Shown: one piece after another, positions 9,424 to 18,308 of the stretch
Numbering within the stretch: position 1 is the first letter of the stretch
How the letters are laid out: the number at the start of each line of letters is the position of its first letter
NCBI GenBank assembly: GCA_041586955.1
Contig: JBFGZE010000005.1
Coordinates: forward strand, 1-64,000
Origin: Bacteriovoracaceae bacterium
GTDB taxonomy: Bacteria; Bdellovibrionota; Bacteriovoracia; Bacteriovoracales; Bacteriovoracaceae
Direction: 5' to 3'
DNA length: 64,000 nucleotides
The notes under the pieces: generated by a model
The model's database searches: none
Seen by the model: only the letters and a program-made list of their open reading frames with translations
What the model was told of the DNA's origin: nothing
Translations under genes and position numbers: made by a program

Positions 9424-11052
9424 TTAAAAGAAGCGCTTTTGGTATTTTTGTAGATCTTCAATCTTGATATGGCGGCGGAGGAAGGAGATATAATCTTCCT
9501 TATTCATGATTTTTTTCATAAGAATAAAGAGTTCGTTGACCACTTCATGGTTATCACGAAACTCATGATAGAGAATATCCCCTAGATGAAATCCAATTTT
9601 TCGGCCAAGTGAGTAGAGAAAATAGAGACTTTTATTGCGTAATAGGCCCTTTAAGGGCTCCGTACTTTGCGCCTCTAAGATTCTAACAACTGCTTGAATA
9701 ACTGGGTCGCAGTCATCGTCATTTCTTTCTTCTTCATCCTTATAATCCATATAGAGGTCGCATTTTCGATATGGATTAATTATTTTTGAGGAGAAGTAGG
9801 CGAGGGTTTGCTCAGTAGTGAAAAAGATGAGCTTTTGCCATTGGTTTCCGGTTAATAAATGTTCTATTATCGCGTCGTCGTCGTCGTCCATGCAGTGGAA
9901 AATATGAAGTCCTGCTAAGTAGGATAAGCGGTTAATGGAATAACTTGAGCAATAATAAAGATTTTTAAAGGGCAGCTTAAAAGAAGAACCTTCTTTAATC
10001 TTATTCATATAAAAATTTTGAAAAGTGCTTTTTTGTAATTTCGAAATCTCTTCTTCTAATATGGGAAGGTGGTTAAAATCATATAGATTAAAATCGGTCA
10101 AATTCTTGAGTTTAACCCCTAGAATTTTTCCAATCTCTTCACATATATAGACAAAATGGTCGTGGACATCACCATTAAAAGCGCGAGCACTACTTTCAAT
10201 AATAACTTCGTGGAGATCAAAATCAGGATCGTCATAGAGGTTTTCAAACCAATAAATCATACTTTCGTATTTGATCCACGGTGGTGAGGTTTGTAGACAA
10301 AACTCTTCATCATTAAACTTTAAGACTTGGCCAAAACGTTTTTCACCTAGGTGAATTAACTTCCAGTATATTTCATCCAAATTTTGGTGAATAATCGTCA
10401 TGGGAATATCATTGGCCATTTGTTCGCGAATAAATTGGGGAAGGCGATTGGGGAAGATGTGGAGTTCGCCAAAAAAGATGATGACTTTATCTTCTGGGTT
10501 GTCGTTCAGAAATTGAGCGACCTTTTTGGCGGCCATCCGGTCTCGCTCGATAAGGTTACCCTCACTGTTAAGAGCGAGAATTTTCCTTTTTTCTTTACGG
10601 CATTGGGTAAAGAGGTTGCCATATTGGGCCCAGGGAAAGCGCCAGGAGTCATGATATTGGATTTCTTCCAGGAACTCTCGTTCGGTAATAGTATGATCAA
10701 GGTATTCATTGATAAAATACTGAAAATCTTGATGGACGAATTCTACACCGAGGGCCCATTTTTCATTTTTTTGAAATAATTGTCGTAAGAGGCGCTCTAA
10801 GTTGCGGCTATATTGGTCAAAGGTGTGAAAATCACCAACGAAGATGACACGGCTATTGTCAAAAGAGCGGAATAATTCATCGAGGTCGCTATGAAAGAAT
10901 TCTCTACTCGCATATTTTTTTTGGGTTTTTTGATAGGAAAGCAATTCATCCGAGGATTCGCACTCAAAGCCTGTGGCCTTTGATTTCATATATTCATATA
11001 TTTTTTTTTCCAGCGCAACTAATTGCGTTGGAGATTTTAACGCATTCGACAT
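9424..11052 (-). CDS. ChaN/EreA/TIKI-superfamily domain protein, cytoplasmic, with long C-terminal extension
   Basis: VIFVGDFH, LGVEF, ILALN, RD and IIFFGELH motifs; no signal peptide. Confidence 0.65.
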   Translation of the reverse strand: MSNALKSPTQLVALEKKIYEYMKSKATGFECESSDELLSYQKTQKKYASREFFHSDLDELFRSFDNSRVIFVGDFHTFDQYSRNLERLLRQLFQKNEKWALGVEFVHQDFQYFINEYLDHTITEREFLEEIQYHDSWRFPWAQYGNLFTQCRKEKRKILALNSEGNLIERDRMAAKKVAQFLNDNPEDKVIIFFGELHIFPNRLPQFIREQMANDIPMTIIHQNLDEIYWKLIHLGEKRFGQVLKFNDEEFCLQTSPPWIKYESMIYWFENLYDDPDFDLHEVIIESSARAFNGDVHDHFVYICEEIGKILGVKLKNLTDFNLYDFNHLPILEEEISKLQKSTFQNFYMNKIKEGSSFKLPFKNLYYCSSYSINRLSYLAGLHIFHCMDDDDDAIIEHLLTGNQWQKLIFFTTEQTLAYFSSKIINPYRKCDLYMDYKDEEERNDDDCDPVIQAVVRILEAQSTEPLKGLLRNKSLYFLYSLGRKIGFHLGDILYHEFRDNHEVVNELFILMKKIMNKEDYISFLRRHIKIEDLQKYQKRFF

Positions 11053-11077
11053 AGAGTGATTTTAGTCTAAAAAGTGT

Positions 11078-13909
11078 CTAATTTGAAATTTGTTGAGTAA
11101 ATAGTTGAGTGATTTTCTGATCTGCCGAATGGTAGAGCCCTTCCACCATATCTTTAATACTATTTTGATGGGTGAGTATGTGATTAAAATCCTCAACCTT
11201 TGGCACCTTGAGTGCATGAATTATTTGAGAAATAGGGGTACCTGCTGCTGATAACATAATAAATTTGATAAAGTGAAGCATCTTTTTATCAGAGAAGATT
11301 TTAGAGATGACGACATCATCAGAAATAAGGCTTAAAGAACTATTGCCCTCACCATCCTCATCAAGAGTTATAGTCTCTAATGGCCGGCTTAAAAGCGATT
11401 TATTGGAGACACAGAAGTCAACATAGATATCCGGATTGGGGTAGAGGGGGAATGAAGGTAGCTTTACCAGCTCAGATATAATGAGTGGGTTTTTAAACTG
11501 TTCTTCGCTCTTAATGCCAAATTGGTCATAGGTGTCCTTGATTTGACGTAGAGTTGTTTTAAAATGAGTGAGGACAGAGGCCATGAACCATGGGTAACGT
11601 CTATTAGCATCTTCAGTCACTTCAAGGGCCGCACGATAGCTTTGAGCGACATTGTCTGGGTGGATCTTTAAAAGGGTTTCCTTATCTTTTGTTAGGAATT
11701 CAATGGCCTCTTGAACGCGAAGAGGGGCTTCAATAGTGGCATTGAAAAAGTTGGGAATAAGAAGACTTTTAAGTTTTGACTTTAATTTCTTATAACCACC
11801 GTGGAGGTTTAATTGAATAATTTGATGGCCGACAGAGGTTTGAAAGAACTCTCTAAATAAATTGATATTGAGACTTTGTTTCTTGGGAAGGAGGCCAAAA
11901 TATTGGAAATAGGCCATACCATATTGATCAACTTTGGCCTTATAAGATTCAGAGGCAACAATTTCTAAGTTTATATGGGCCGGGTTGCGATAATCGACAA
12001 TTAGTACAAAGGGATAAAGGTCCTCTTTATTGATAGTAATACCTAATAGGTCTGATGTAATGCTTGATCTCTCTGTATATTCAGATTCTAGAGATTCGAT
12101 GGCAAAAAATTGGTCAAGTGGAGAGCAAGATTTCGTAAGATTTCTAAAAAAGCTTGGGTGGGTAACATGATCCGAATTTTTATTGGCAGAACTCATTAAA
12201 ATGCCATCCAAAATAGCGTCCTGATGAAATTCAAAATGGAGATTTTCGCCCAATTCTTTTTGGTACATACTAGTGGAGGAATGGCCTTTATGGGTAAAGA
12301 AGCTCACCATCTCATCAACAAAAGTTTGAAATTGATTAAATTGTCCTAACTCACCAACTAGGCGAAAGGTCAGACAACTCTCTTTTTGCATTCCATTATA
12401 ATCTTGCCCGAAATTGAGGCCCTTACTCATTTTTTTAGTATAAGGAACATTTCTTTTAGAAAGAATATAGAGATGGTTAGGGATTTCTCCTCTAAATTTT
12501 AAATCATCTAAATTAAAGAAAGCATCAATTTTATAGTCTCGCAGTAATTGTTCAACCTTGGACTTTTGACTGGGAACAAATAACTTCTGACTACTGAAGA
12601 CATAGAGATGCCCATTCTGAGAGAGATTTTTCCCTTGGTTTTGAATCTGTTGAATCAAGTGATGATGAGGGTTGGTTTTAGGAAAGTCTAAAAGGTTCAG
12701 AACAATGCGCTCGTAGACAAGGTCTGGTCTAACGTCAAGTTTTGAAAGAAAGCCCGATTGGCCACACATATCATCTTTAGACTTAGAATATTTTTCACGA
12801 ATCGTTGTGGTAATCAAATGAATCGGGTCATGACCTTGCTGTTTCGCCAATTGGGTAAGGAAGGTTAAAAATTGTAATTCATGGCCGATCTTGGCGTAAA
12901 GTCCACAATCATATGAGTCACCAGAAAAGTCTGGGCATAGAATCTCGCTCCATTTGAGATGGAGGTTACTCTCTTGTGCAAGCCAATGAGAATGGCTAAT
13001 AGAGTTTAGGCCATCACCTACAAACTTGGTATTGAGAATTTCTGGTAAAACGCCATCAAACTTTTGGGGATAAGTGAGAGTGTCTTGCTTAAGCCAAATT
13101 GGGAAAAAGACCAAAAGGCTATTGATAAAAAGTCCATAGGCCTTATGTGACATGGAATGAGAGTAACTTTCATCTTTAAAAATAAGGTGATTGCCTTTAT
13201 CAAGGTCGCTGAAGGTCGCGACTTTCATTAACTCTGTAATAGATAAAGTCGAGAAGCATTCTTTTAATTGAGTTACTTTATTAACCAATGAAGCACTAGG
13301 ACGGTACCAGCTGTATTGATTTGTTTGCAGGGACTCACAAATGAGTTCCATCGAGCTTCCCATGGGGAAAACACGGGCCAGAAAAGAATTGGGATTCATC
13401 AGACCTTTAGAAGTCGATTCGTGCCATGTGCATTTATCAAGGGCAATAATAAATTTAACTTTATAAAGATAAATAATCACAGCTCTATGGCAAAAGATGC
13501 GAGCGAACTCTTCGAGAAGACTTTTATAGGGAGACTTTTCATCTTGGTAATGGGCCCAGAATTGAGAGAAGTCTTGGATCTCTAAATTTTGAATTCCATT
13601 ATGTTCCGTGTAGTGAATAAAATCATCAAGTATAATGCGTTTAAGCGAACGATTTAATTGATCAAATTGATTGAACTTAACGAGGGCGTCGCGGACAAAT
13701 TCTTTTTGCGCCTTTTTAAGCAATAGCGCTTGCTTGGAGATAAGACTATCTCCAGACCATCCTGGTATAAGAAAATTGGACGGAGAGAAATGATCTTCTA
13801 ACTCTTCTATTAAATTGTAAGATTTTGGAAGAGCCGGCGGTATTTCGTCCACTATTTCTTTTGAATTTGGCGAGAGCCAGCTTGAGGCCTTAAAAGGTCT
13901 TTTATTCAA
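11078..13909 (-). CDS. Large protein with degenerate Type IIG/Eco57I-like N6-DNA-methyltransferase and TaqI-C-like TRD architecture
   Basis: 943-aa ORF with segments resembling MTase motifs VI-VIII and a TRD; canonical DPxxGxG and NPPY motifs are absent. Confidence 0.5.
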   Translation of the reverse strand: MNKRPFKASSWLSPNSKEIVDEIPPALPKSYNLIEELEDHFSPSNFLIPGWSGDSLISKQALLLKKAQKEFVRDALVKFNQFDQLNRSLKRIILDDFIHYTEHNGIQNLEIQDFSQFWAHYQDEKSPYKSLLEEFARIFCHRAVIIYLYKVKFIIALDKCTWHESTSKGLMNPNSFLARVFPMGSSMELICESLQTNQYSWYRPSASLVNKVTQLKECFSTLSITELMKVATFSDLDKGNHLIFKDESYSHSMSHKAYGLFINSLLVFFPIWLKQDTLTYPQKFDGVLPEILNTKFVGDGLNSISHSHWLAQESNLHLKWSEILCPDFSGDSYDCGLYAKIGHELQFLTFLTQLAKQQGHDPIHLITTTIREKYSKSKDDMCGQSGFLSKLDVRPDLVYERIVLNLLDFPKTNPHHHLIQQIQNQGKNLSQNGHLYVFSSQKLFVPSQKSKVEQLLRDYKIDAFFNLDDLKFRGEIPNHLYILSKRNVPYTKKMSKGLNFGQDYNGMQKESCLTFRLVGELGQFNQFQTFVDEMVSFFTHKGHSSTSMYQKELGENLHFEFHQDAILDGILMSSANKNSDHVTHPSFFRNLTKSCSPLDQFFAIESLESEYTERSSITSDLLGITINKEDLYPFVLIVDYRNPAHINLEIVASESYKAKVDQYGMAYFQYFGLLPKKQSLNINLFREFFQTSVGHQIIQLNLHGGYKKLKSKLKSLLIPNFFNATIEAPLRVQEAIEFLTKDKETLLKIHPDNVAQSYRAALEVTEDANRRYPWFMASVLTHFKTTLRQIKDTYDQFGIKSEEQFKNPLIISELVKLPSFPLYPNPDIYVDFCVSNKSLLSRPLETITLDEDGEGNSSLSLISDDVVISKIFSDKKMLHFIKFIMLSAAGTPISQIIHALKVPKVEDFNHILTHQNSIKDMVEGLYHSADQKITQLFTQQISN

Positions 13910-14012
13910 CTTTTTGCTCTCAAATTTAATATTTTCAACATAATAAAAGCACTGTTCAATGGGTTGGACATAAATTTTTACTTAAATCTACAAGGGTTGT
14001 CATGGGACATTT

Positions 14013-14029
14013 TGTGAAAAATTATCACA
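14013..14029. promoter_or_regulatory. Palindromic TGTGA-N7-TCACA, a candidate transcription-factor site in a divergent intergenic region
   Basis: tgtga aaaatta tcaca; CRP-like half sites with a 7-nt spacer. Confidence 0.3.
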
Positions 14030-14172
14030 TTTGAGATGTAAGAAAAATTTGCTGCCTATCGCCATGATTGCGCAGTGTTCTAATATTAAAAGAGATTAAT
14101 CCGATTTGTTAGTGGAACCCCTGTTTAAGCTCAGAATTCTACCATTAACGGGACGAGAGGCTCGGAGGCCAT

Positions 14173-14688
14173 ATGTCAGATGAACAAAATTTTAATGATG
14201 CTGAACTGCAAGATATCATGAATGAAATTGAGAACCTTGAAAGAGAGTATGAAGAAGAAGATTCGTCATCTAGTGCGTCAAAGTCAGAAGAGACTTCTCT
14301 CGAGTTAACGGATGCGGATCTTGCCGAATTATCGGAACTGGATGGCGAATTAAGCTCTGTTGAAGAAGAACAAGTTGAAGAAGAGGATTTCGAAGGATCG
14401 CAAGAGCAACCTCAAGAAGCGGAAATTGTTGAGATGCGGCCTGAAGCACAAGCTGTGGGAACATCGGGGGCAGGACCCATGAATTTTTCGGGAAAAGGCC
14501 AAATGGATTTTGAAATGAATTTTCAAATTGGTTCCTCTCAAGCTCATTTGCAAGTACAACAAGATCAAGGTCTCCATATTAAAATGGACGGCGTTGCTCT
14601 TCATATCGATGAATCCGGGTGTCAGGTTAAAATGAAGGGGGGAGTGCAATTTTCTGTTCCCTTTGACGAGTCAAAGAAAGCTGGATAA
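14173..14688 (+). CDS. Hypothetical protein with highly acidic N-terminal half and beta-rich C-terminal domain
   Basis: GGAGG RBS, Glu/Asp/Ser-rich; first gene of the rsmD-coaD operon. Confidence 0.7.
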   Translation: MSDEQNFNDAELQDIMNEIENLEREYEEEDSSSSASKSEETSLELTDADLAELSELDGELSSVEEEQVEEEDFEGSQEQPQEAEIVEMRPEAQAVGTSGAGPMNFSGKGQMDFEMNFQIGSSQAHLQVQQDQGLHIKMDGVALHIDESGCQVKMKGGVQFSVPFDESKKAG

Positions 14689-14697
14689 GTTGCTCCC

Positions 14698-15306
14698 ATG
14701 TCAATTCGTATACTAGGAGGCCTAGCTAAAGGTCTTTCCCTTGTTGCACCTAAGGGTGCAACTATTCGCCCCACTTCCGTTATGATGCGTCGTCGTTTAT
14801 TCGATGCAAAGCAGAATTGGCGAGGTCTTACCTTTGTTGATGCCTGTGCCGGTACTGGCTCAATGGGAATCGAGGCCTGGTCGCGGTTTGCCGATGAAAT
14901 CTTTTTGATTGAAGCGAATCGTAAGGTTTATGAAGCTCTTAAGCGCAATTTTGTGCAGGTTAAAACTCTCTTTCCCGATGAGTATGCTGAGCGTAATATC
15001 AAATTACAGGGGAAGCCTTTTGAAAAATGGGTGGATGAATTTTTTCTTCTCTATGAATCCTGGGATCAAGAGAAACAGGAAAACACCTACCTTTTTATCG
15101 ATCCCCCTTATCATATGCTCCCTCTCTATCGAAAATTAGTGGCCCGCGTGCAGCGGTCTAACTTTAAAGGCCATCTTTGGATTGAATCAGATGAGCAAAA
15201 GGGGATCACGGCCCAAGACTTGAGAGATTTAGGTCTTCGTGAATATAGAATTGTGCAGCAAAGAAAAAGCTTTGTTTTTATGGTCAATTTCTCATCCCCG
15301 AGTTAA
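14698..15306 (+). CDS. rsmD: 16S rRNA m2G966 methyltransferase, RsmD family
   Basis: IRILGG..KG, IRPT, DACAGTGSMGIEAWSR and IDPPY motifs; lies upstream of coaD. Confidence 0.85.
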   Translation: MSIRILGGLAKGLSLVAPKGATIRPTSVMMRRRLFDAKQNWRGLTFVDACAGTGSMGIEAWSRFADEIFLIEANRKVYEALKRNFVQVKTLFPDEYAERNIKLQGKPFEKWVDEFFLLYESWDQEKQENTYLFIDPPYHMLPLYRKLVARVQRSNFKGHLWIESDEQKGITAQDLRDLGLREYRIVQQRKSFVFMVNFSSPS

Positions 15307-15341
15307 TAAGTTATGATGATTCCCCACAAGAGAGAAAAATA

Positions 15342-15824
15342 ATGGAAAAGAAAAAGGCCATTTACGCAGGAACATTTGATCCATTTACCAACGGGCATCA
15401 AGATATTCTTTTACGCGCCTTAAACCTCTTTGATGAGGTGACTATTCTTGTGGCCATCTCTCCCACTAAAAAACCCCTCTTTTCTCGTGAGAAGAGAATG
15501 GAAATGCTAGCGGTTCTTTTTAAAGGAAATGATAAAATTAAAATTAATGCTTGGGATGGATTAATCGTCGATTACGCCCGTCAAAATGGAATTCAAAGTA
15601 TTGTAAGAGGCCTGCGACCTACCGGAGATTTTGAAATTGAGTTTCAAATGGCCTCAATGAACAACAAACTTTATCCCGACGTGGATACCATCTTTTTAAT
15701 GACCGGGGGTGAGCATTATTTTATCTCTTCTTCCCTTGTCAAAGAAGTTTTTCACCATGGTGGAGATATTAAACCATTTGTCCCAAGTGAAATTTTAGAA
15801 CAAATGAATAAGTTGAAGGAATAG
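15342..15824 (+). CDS. coaD: Phosphopantetheine adenylyltransferase
   Basis: YAGTFDPFTNGH, RGLR...DFE and ISSSLVKE motifs. Confidence 0.95.
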   Translation: MEKKKAIYAGTFDPFTNGHQDILLRALNLFDEVTILVAISPTKKPLFSREKRMEMLAVLFKGNDKIKINAWDGLIVDYARQNGIQSIVRGLRPTGDFEIEFQMASMNNKLYPDVDTIFLMTGGEHYFISSSLVKEVFHHGGDIKPFVPSEILEQMNKLKE

Positions 15825-15827
15825 ATC

Positions 15828-17036
15828 ATGAAAATTAGCTCACGTGTTCAAAACTTAAACGAGAGTATTACCTTAAAGCTCAATGCTCGAGCTGTAGAAT
15901 TAGCGGAAGAGGGGCGTAATATTTATAATTTGACGGCCGGGCAATTACCTTTTCGCCCAGCAAAAAAGTTTGTCCAATATTTGCAATTTGAATTAGATTT
16001 TTTAAAAAGCTTCCAATATGGGCCAGCAGGTGGCCTAGAACCTTTGCGTGAAAAGGTCATTCAATATATCTCTAAAACACGCGATATTAATTTAGAGGCC
16101 GCTGGTTGCTTGGTTTCAAATGGCGGTAAAAGCGTTATTAATAATTTTCTTGCAACTATGATTGACCCAGGTGATGAGGTGGTTTTATTAGCGCCTTATT
16201 GGGTGAGTTATCCTGAGATGGTGGAATTATACGGTGGCAAATGCAAGGTCGTGGGGTCGAGCATTTATGATTCATTCACGCCCTCATTAGAAAAATTGGA
16301 GGAAGCTCTCTCGGATAAAACCAAAGTATTATTTGTGAATAGCCCGAATAATCCCTCTGGTATTCATTATGATGAGCAATGGATGGAGGGCCTTGCCAAC
16401 CTTTTATTAAAATACCCGGATGTCTTCATCGTTAGTGATGAAATTTATTTTGAATTGATCTATTTTGATCCTAAGCCTAAATATTTTTACCAATTTGAGC
16501 CCGCTTTATTGGAGCGAACCTTAATTTGTGATGGTGTTTCTAAAAGTATGGCGGCAACTGGTTTACGTATTGGTTATGGTGTCGGTCCAAAGGATTTAAT
16601 TAAGGCCATGGAAAAACTGCAGGGGCAAACTGCTTCTGGCCCTAATAGTTTAGTGCAAAGGGCACTACTTCACTTTAAAGAGGAGGCCTTTGACCAATTC
16701 TTAGGCCCTATTAAATTGCATTTACGAGATAATGCCAAATTATTGAAAGAAAAATTGAATGATGCCAATTTAGGAGCGGCATGGTACCAGCCACGCTCAG
16801 CTTTTTACTTTTTAATCGATTTTAAACGTTTGCCCTTTTATCATACCTATAGCGAAAGGGGAGTGAACGAGGATTATTCGTTAGAAATTTGTGAGAGAAT
16901 ACTCAATGAGACTGGTGTTGCGATGGTTCCCGGTGGAAGCTTTGGTCAAATCAATACCGGCCGTATTTCTCTTGTCCTTGAGAAAAAACCTTTTGAAGAG
17001 GCCATCGATATTCTTATTACCTTTTTTACAGCTTGA
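15828..17036 (+). CDS. Class I/II PLP-dependent aminotransferase (aspartate aminotransferase-like)
   Basis: PYWVSYP, NSPNNPSG, SDEIY and SKSMAATGLRIGY motifs. Confidence 0.9.
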   Translation: MKISSRVQNLNESITLKLNARAVELAEEGRNIYNLTAGQLPFRPAKKFVQYLQFELDFLKSFQYGPAGGLEPLREKVIQYISKTRDINLEAAGCLVSNGGKSVINNFLATMIDPGDEVVLLAPYWVSYPEMVELYGGKCKVVGSSIYDSFTPSLEKLEEALSDKTKVLFVNSPNNPSGIHYDEQWMEGLANLLLKYPDVFIVSDEIYFELIYFDPKPKYFYQFEPALLERTLICDGVSKSMAATGLRIGYGVGPKDLIKAMEKLQGQTASGPNSLVQRALLHFKEEAFDQFLGPIKLHLRDNAKLLKEKLNDANLGAAWYQPRSAFYFLIDFKRLPFYHTYSERGVNEDYSLEICERILNETGVAMVPGGSFGQINTGRISLVLEKKPFEEAIDILITFFTA

Positions 17037-17168
17037 AGAAATTATTCACAAATTGAGTCAGCTTTTTAAGGTCCAATAACCTTTTAAAATAGTCCTAGAG
17101 ACCTATTTGAACAACCTTCTAAATGAAGTATGGTCAAAGATTGAAGGAATTGATGACGGATAGGAGTG

Positions 17169-18308
17169 CTAAATATCGAAGTGAAAGTCGAGTAAATTCA
17201 AGGTTAAAACGGTTCGTTTCCCCTGCCTATTATTGAAAGTATTCCCTAGCTCAACTCCATAAAAACCAACTAGCAAACGGAGCATCCAAAAATCGAGGGC
17301 CACTCCATATGACCAATATCCCGCATTCCATCCCATATAGAGATCCATAGCTGTGAGATTGACTCTTGTACCGAGGTGAATTTTACTCATCGTCTCAGTA
17401 AAAGGGTCGATTGCATTATGATAATCAAGCGCAAAAGAGTAACCAAAAAATCGATCTCCACCACTATATGACATGCCATAATTAAGGGACATATCTTGTT
17501 TAACTACGCCGGCCCCCTCCTCGGTTTTGTAGCGGGTATCACCCACATCTAAAAGAGAGACGCCAAAAGTAAAACGGTTAGAACCGGAGGATCGGTTGAA
17601 TTCAATTCCTGTATCGAGACCCCAGCCATCTCCTTTGGAATAACCTAAATCTTTGCGAAGGGAAGCGTAATCACTTAGACTTTCGATTAGAGCAATTAAC
17701 TCTGGCCCAAATAAGTCAAAAGAACCACTAAGGCCTTGACGATTGATATGTTTGATAGAAGCACCGACGGTAAAGGAATTACCATTCCCTTTTTTATTCA
17801 TTGAACCGAAATTAAAGGCATAACCAGCAATGAAGCCTCGGTCTAACCGGTAATCAATTTCAAGTGAAGGATAGATGGCATTTTCCAGGATCATATTGGT
17901 TTTGGAGTTCGCAAATAGCATAATGCCAAAATTTTCCATTTTAATAGATGGGTTAATCCCTAATTGTAGATAAAGGGGAAATCCTAGAATGCGATTAGCA
18001 ATGCCGGCCGGGTCAGAAGGGAAATTACTAAAGCGATCTGTTACCCCAACATTAAAATTATCCAAACTAAAATCTTTGACGAGTACGTCAGGGAATTGAA
18101 AACTGGGATTAAGGGTGGAGATGGTCACACCGCTATGGCGACCAAGAGCAGCAGGGTTATAAAAGAGTGTGCTGGAGTCGTCGGCAAGTGCGGTAAAAGC
18201 ATCACCCATTAAAAGCCCTTCAAGGCTACGCCCTAAATAACTAAACTCCCCAAAAATTGTGGAAGATAAGCAGGAGAGAATAAGAATAAAAGGTAAAATC
18301 TTTTTCAT
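17169..18308 (-). CDS. Outer-membrane beta-barrel, FadL/PorV/TraF-like
   Basis: Signal peptide, MGDAFTALADD...FYNPAALG hatch motif, amphipathic strands. Confidence 0.65.
   Translation of the reverse strand: MKKILPFILILSCLSSTIFGEFSYLGRSLEGLLMGDAFTALADDSSTLFYNPAALGRHSGVTISTLNPSFQFPDVLVKDFSLDNFNVGVTDRFSNFPSDPAGIANRILGFPLYLQLGINPSIKMENFGIMLFANSKTNMILENAIYPSLEIDYRLDRGFIAGYAFNFGSMNKKGNGNSFTVGASIKHINRQGLSGSFDLFGPELIALIESLSDYASLRKDLGYSKGDGWGLDTGIEFNRSSGSNRFTFGVSLLDVGDTRYKTEEGAGVVKQDMSLNYGMSYSGGDRFFGYSFALDYHNAIDPFTETMSKIHLGTRVNLTAMDLYMGWNAGYWSYGVALDFWMLRLLVGFYGVELGNTFNNRQGKRTVLTLNLLDFHFDI

Noticed and set aside
17042..17050. TTATTCACA DnaA-box-like 9-mer
   Set aside because: Single copy between convergent genes, with no box cluster or oriC-associated genes.
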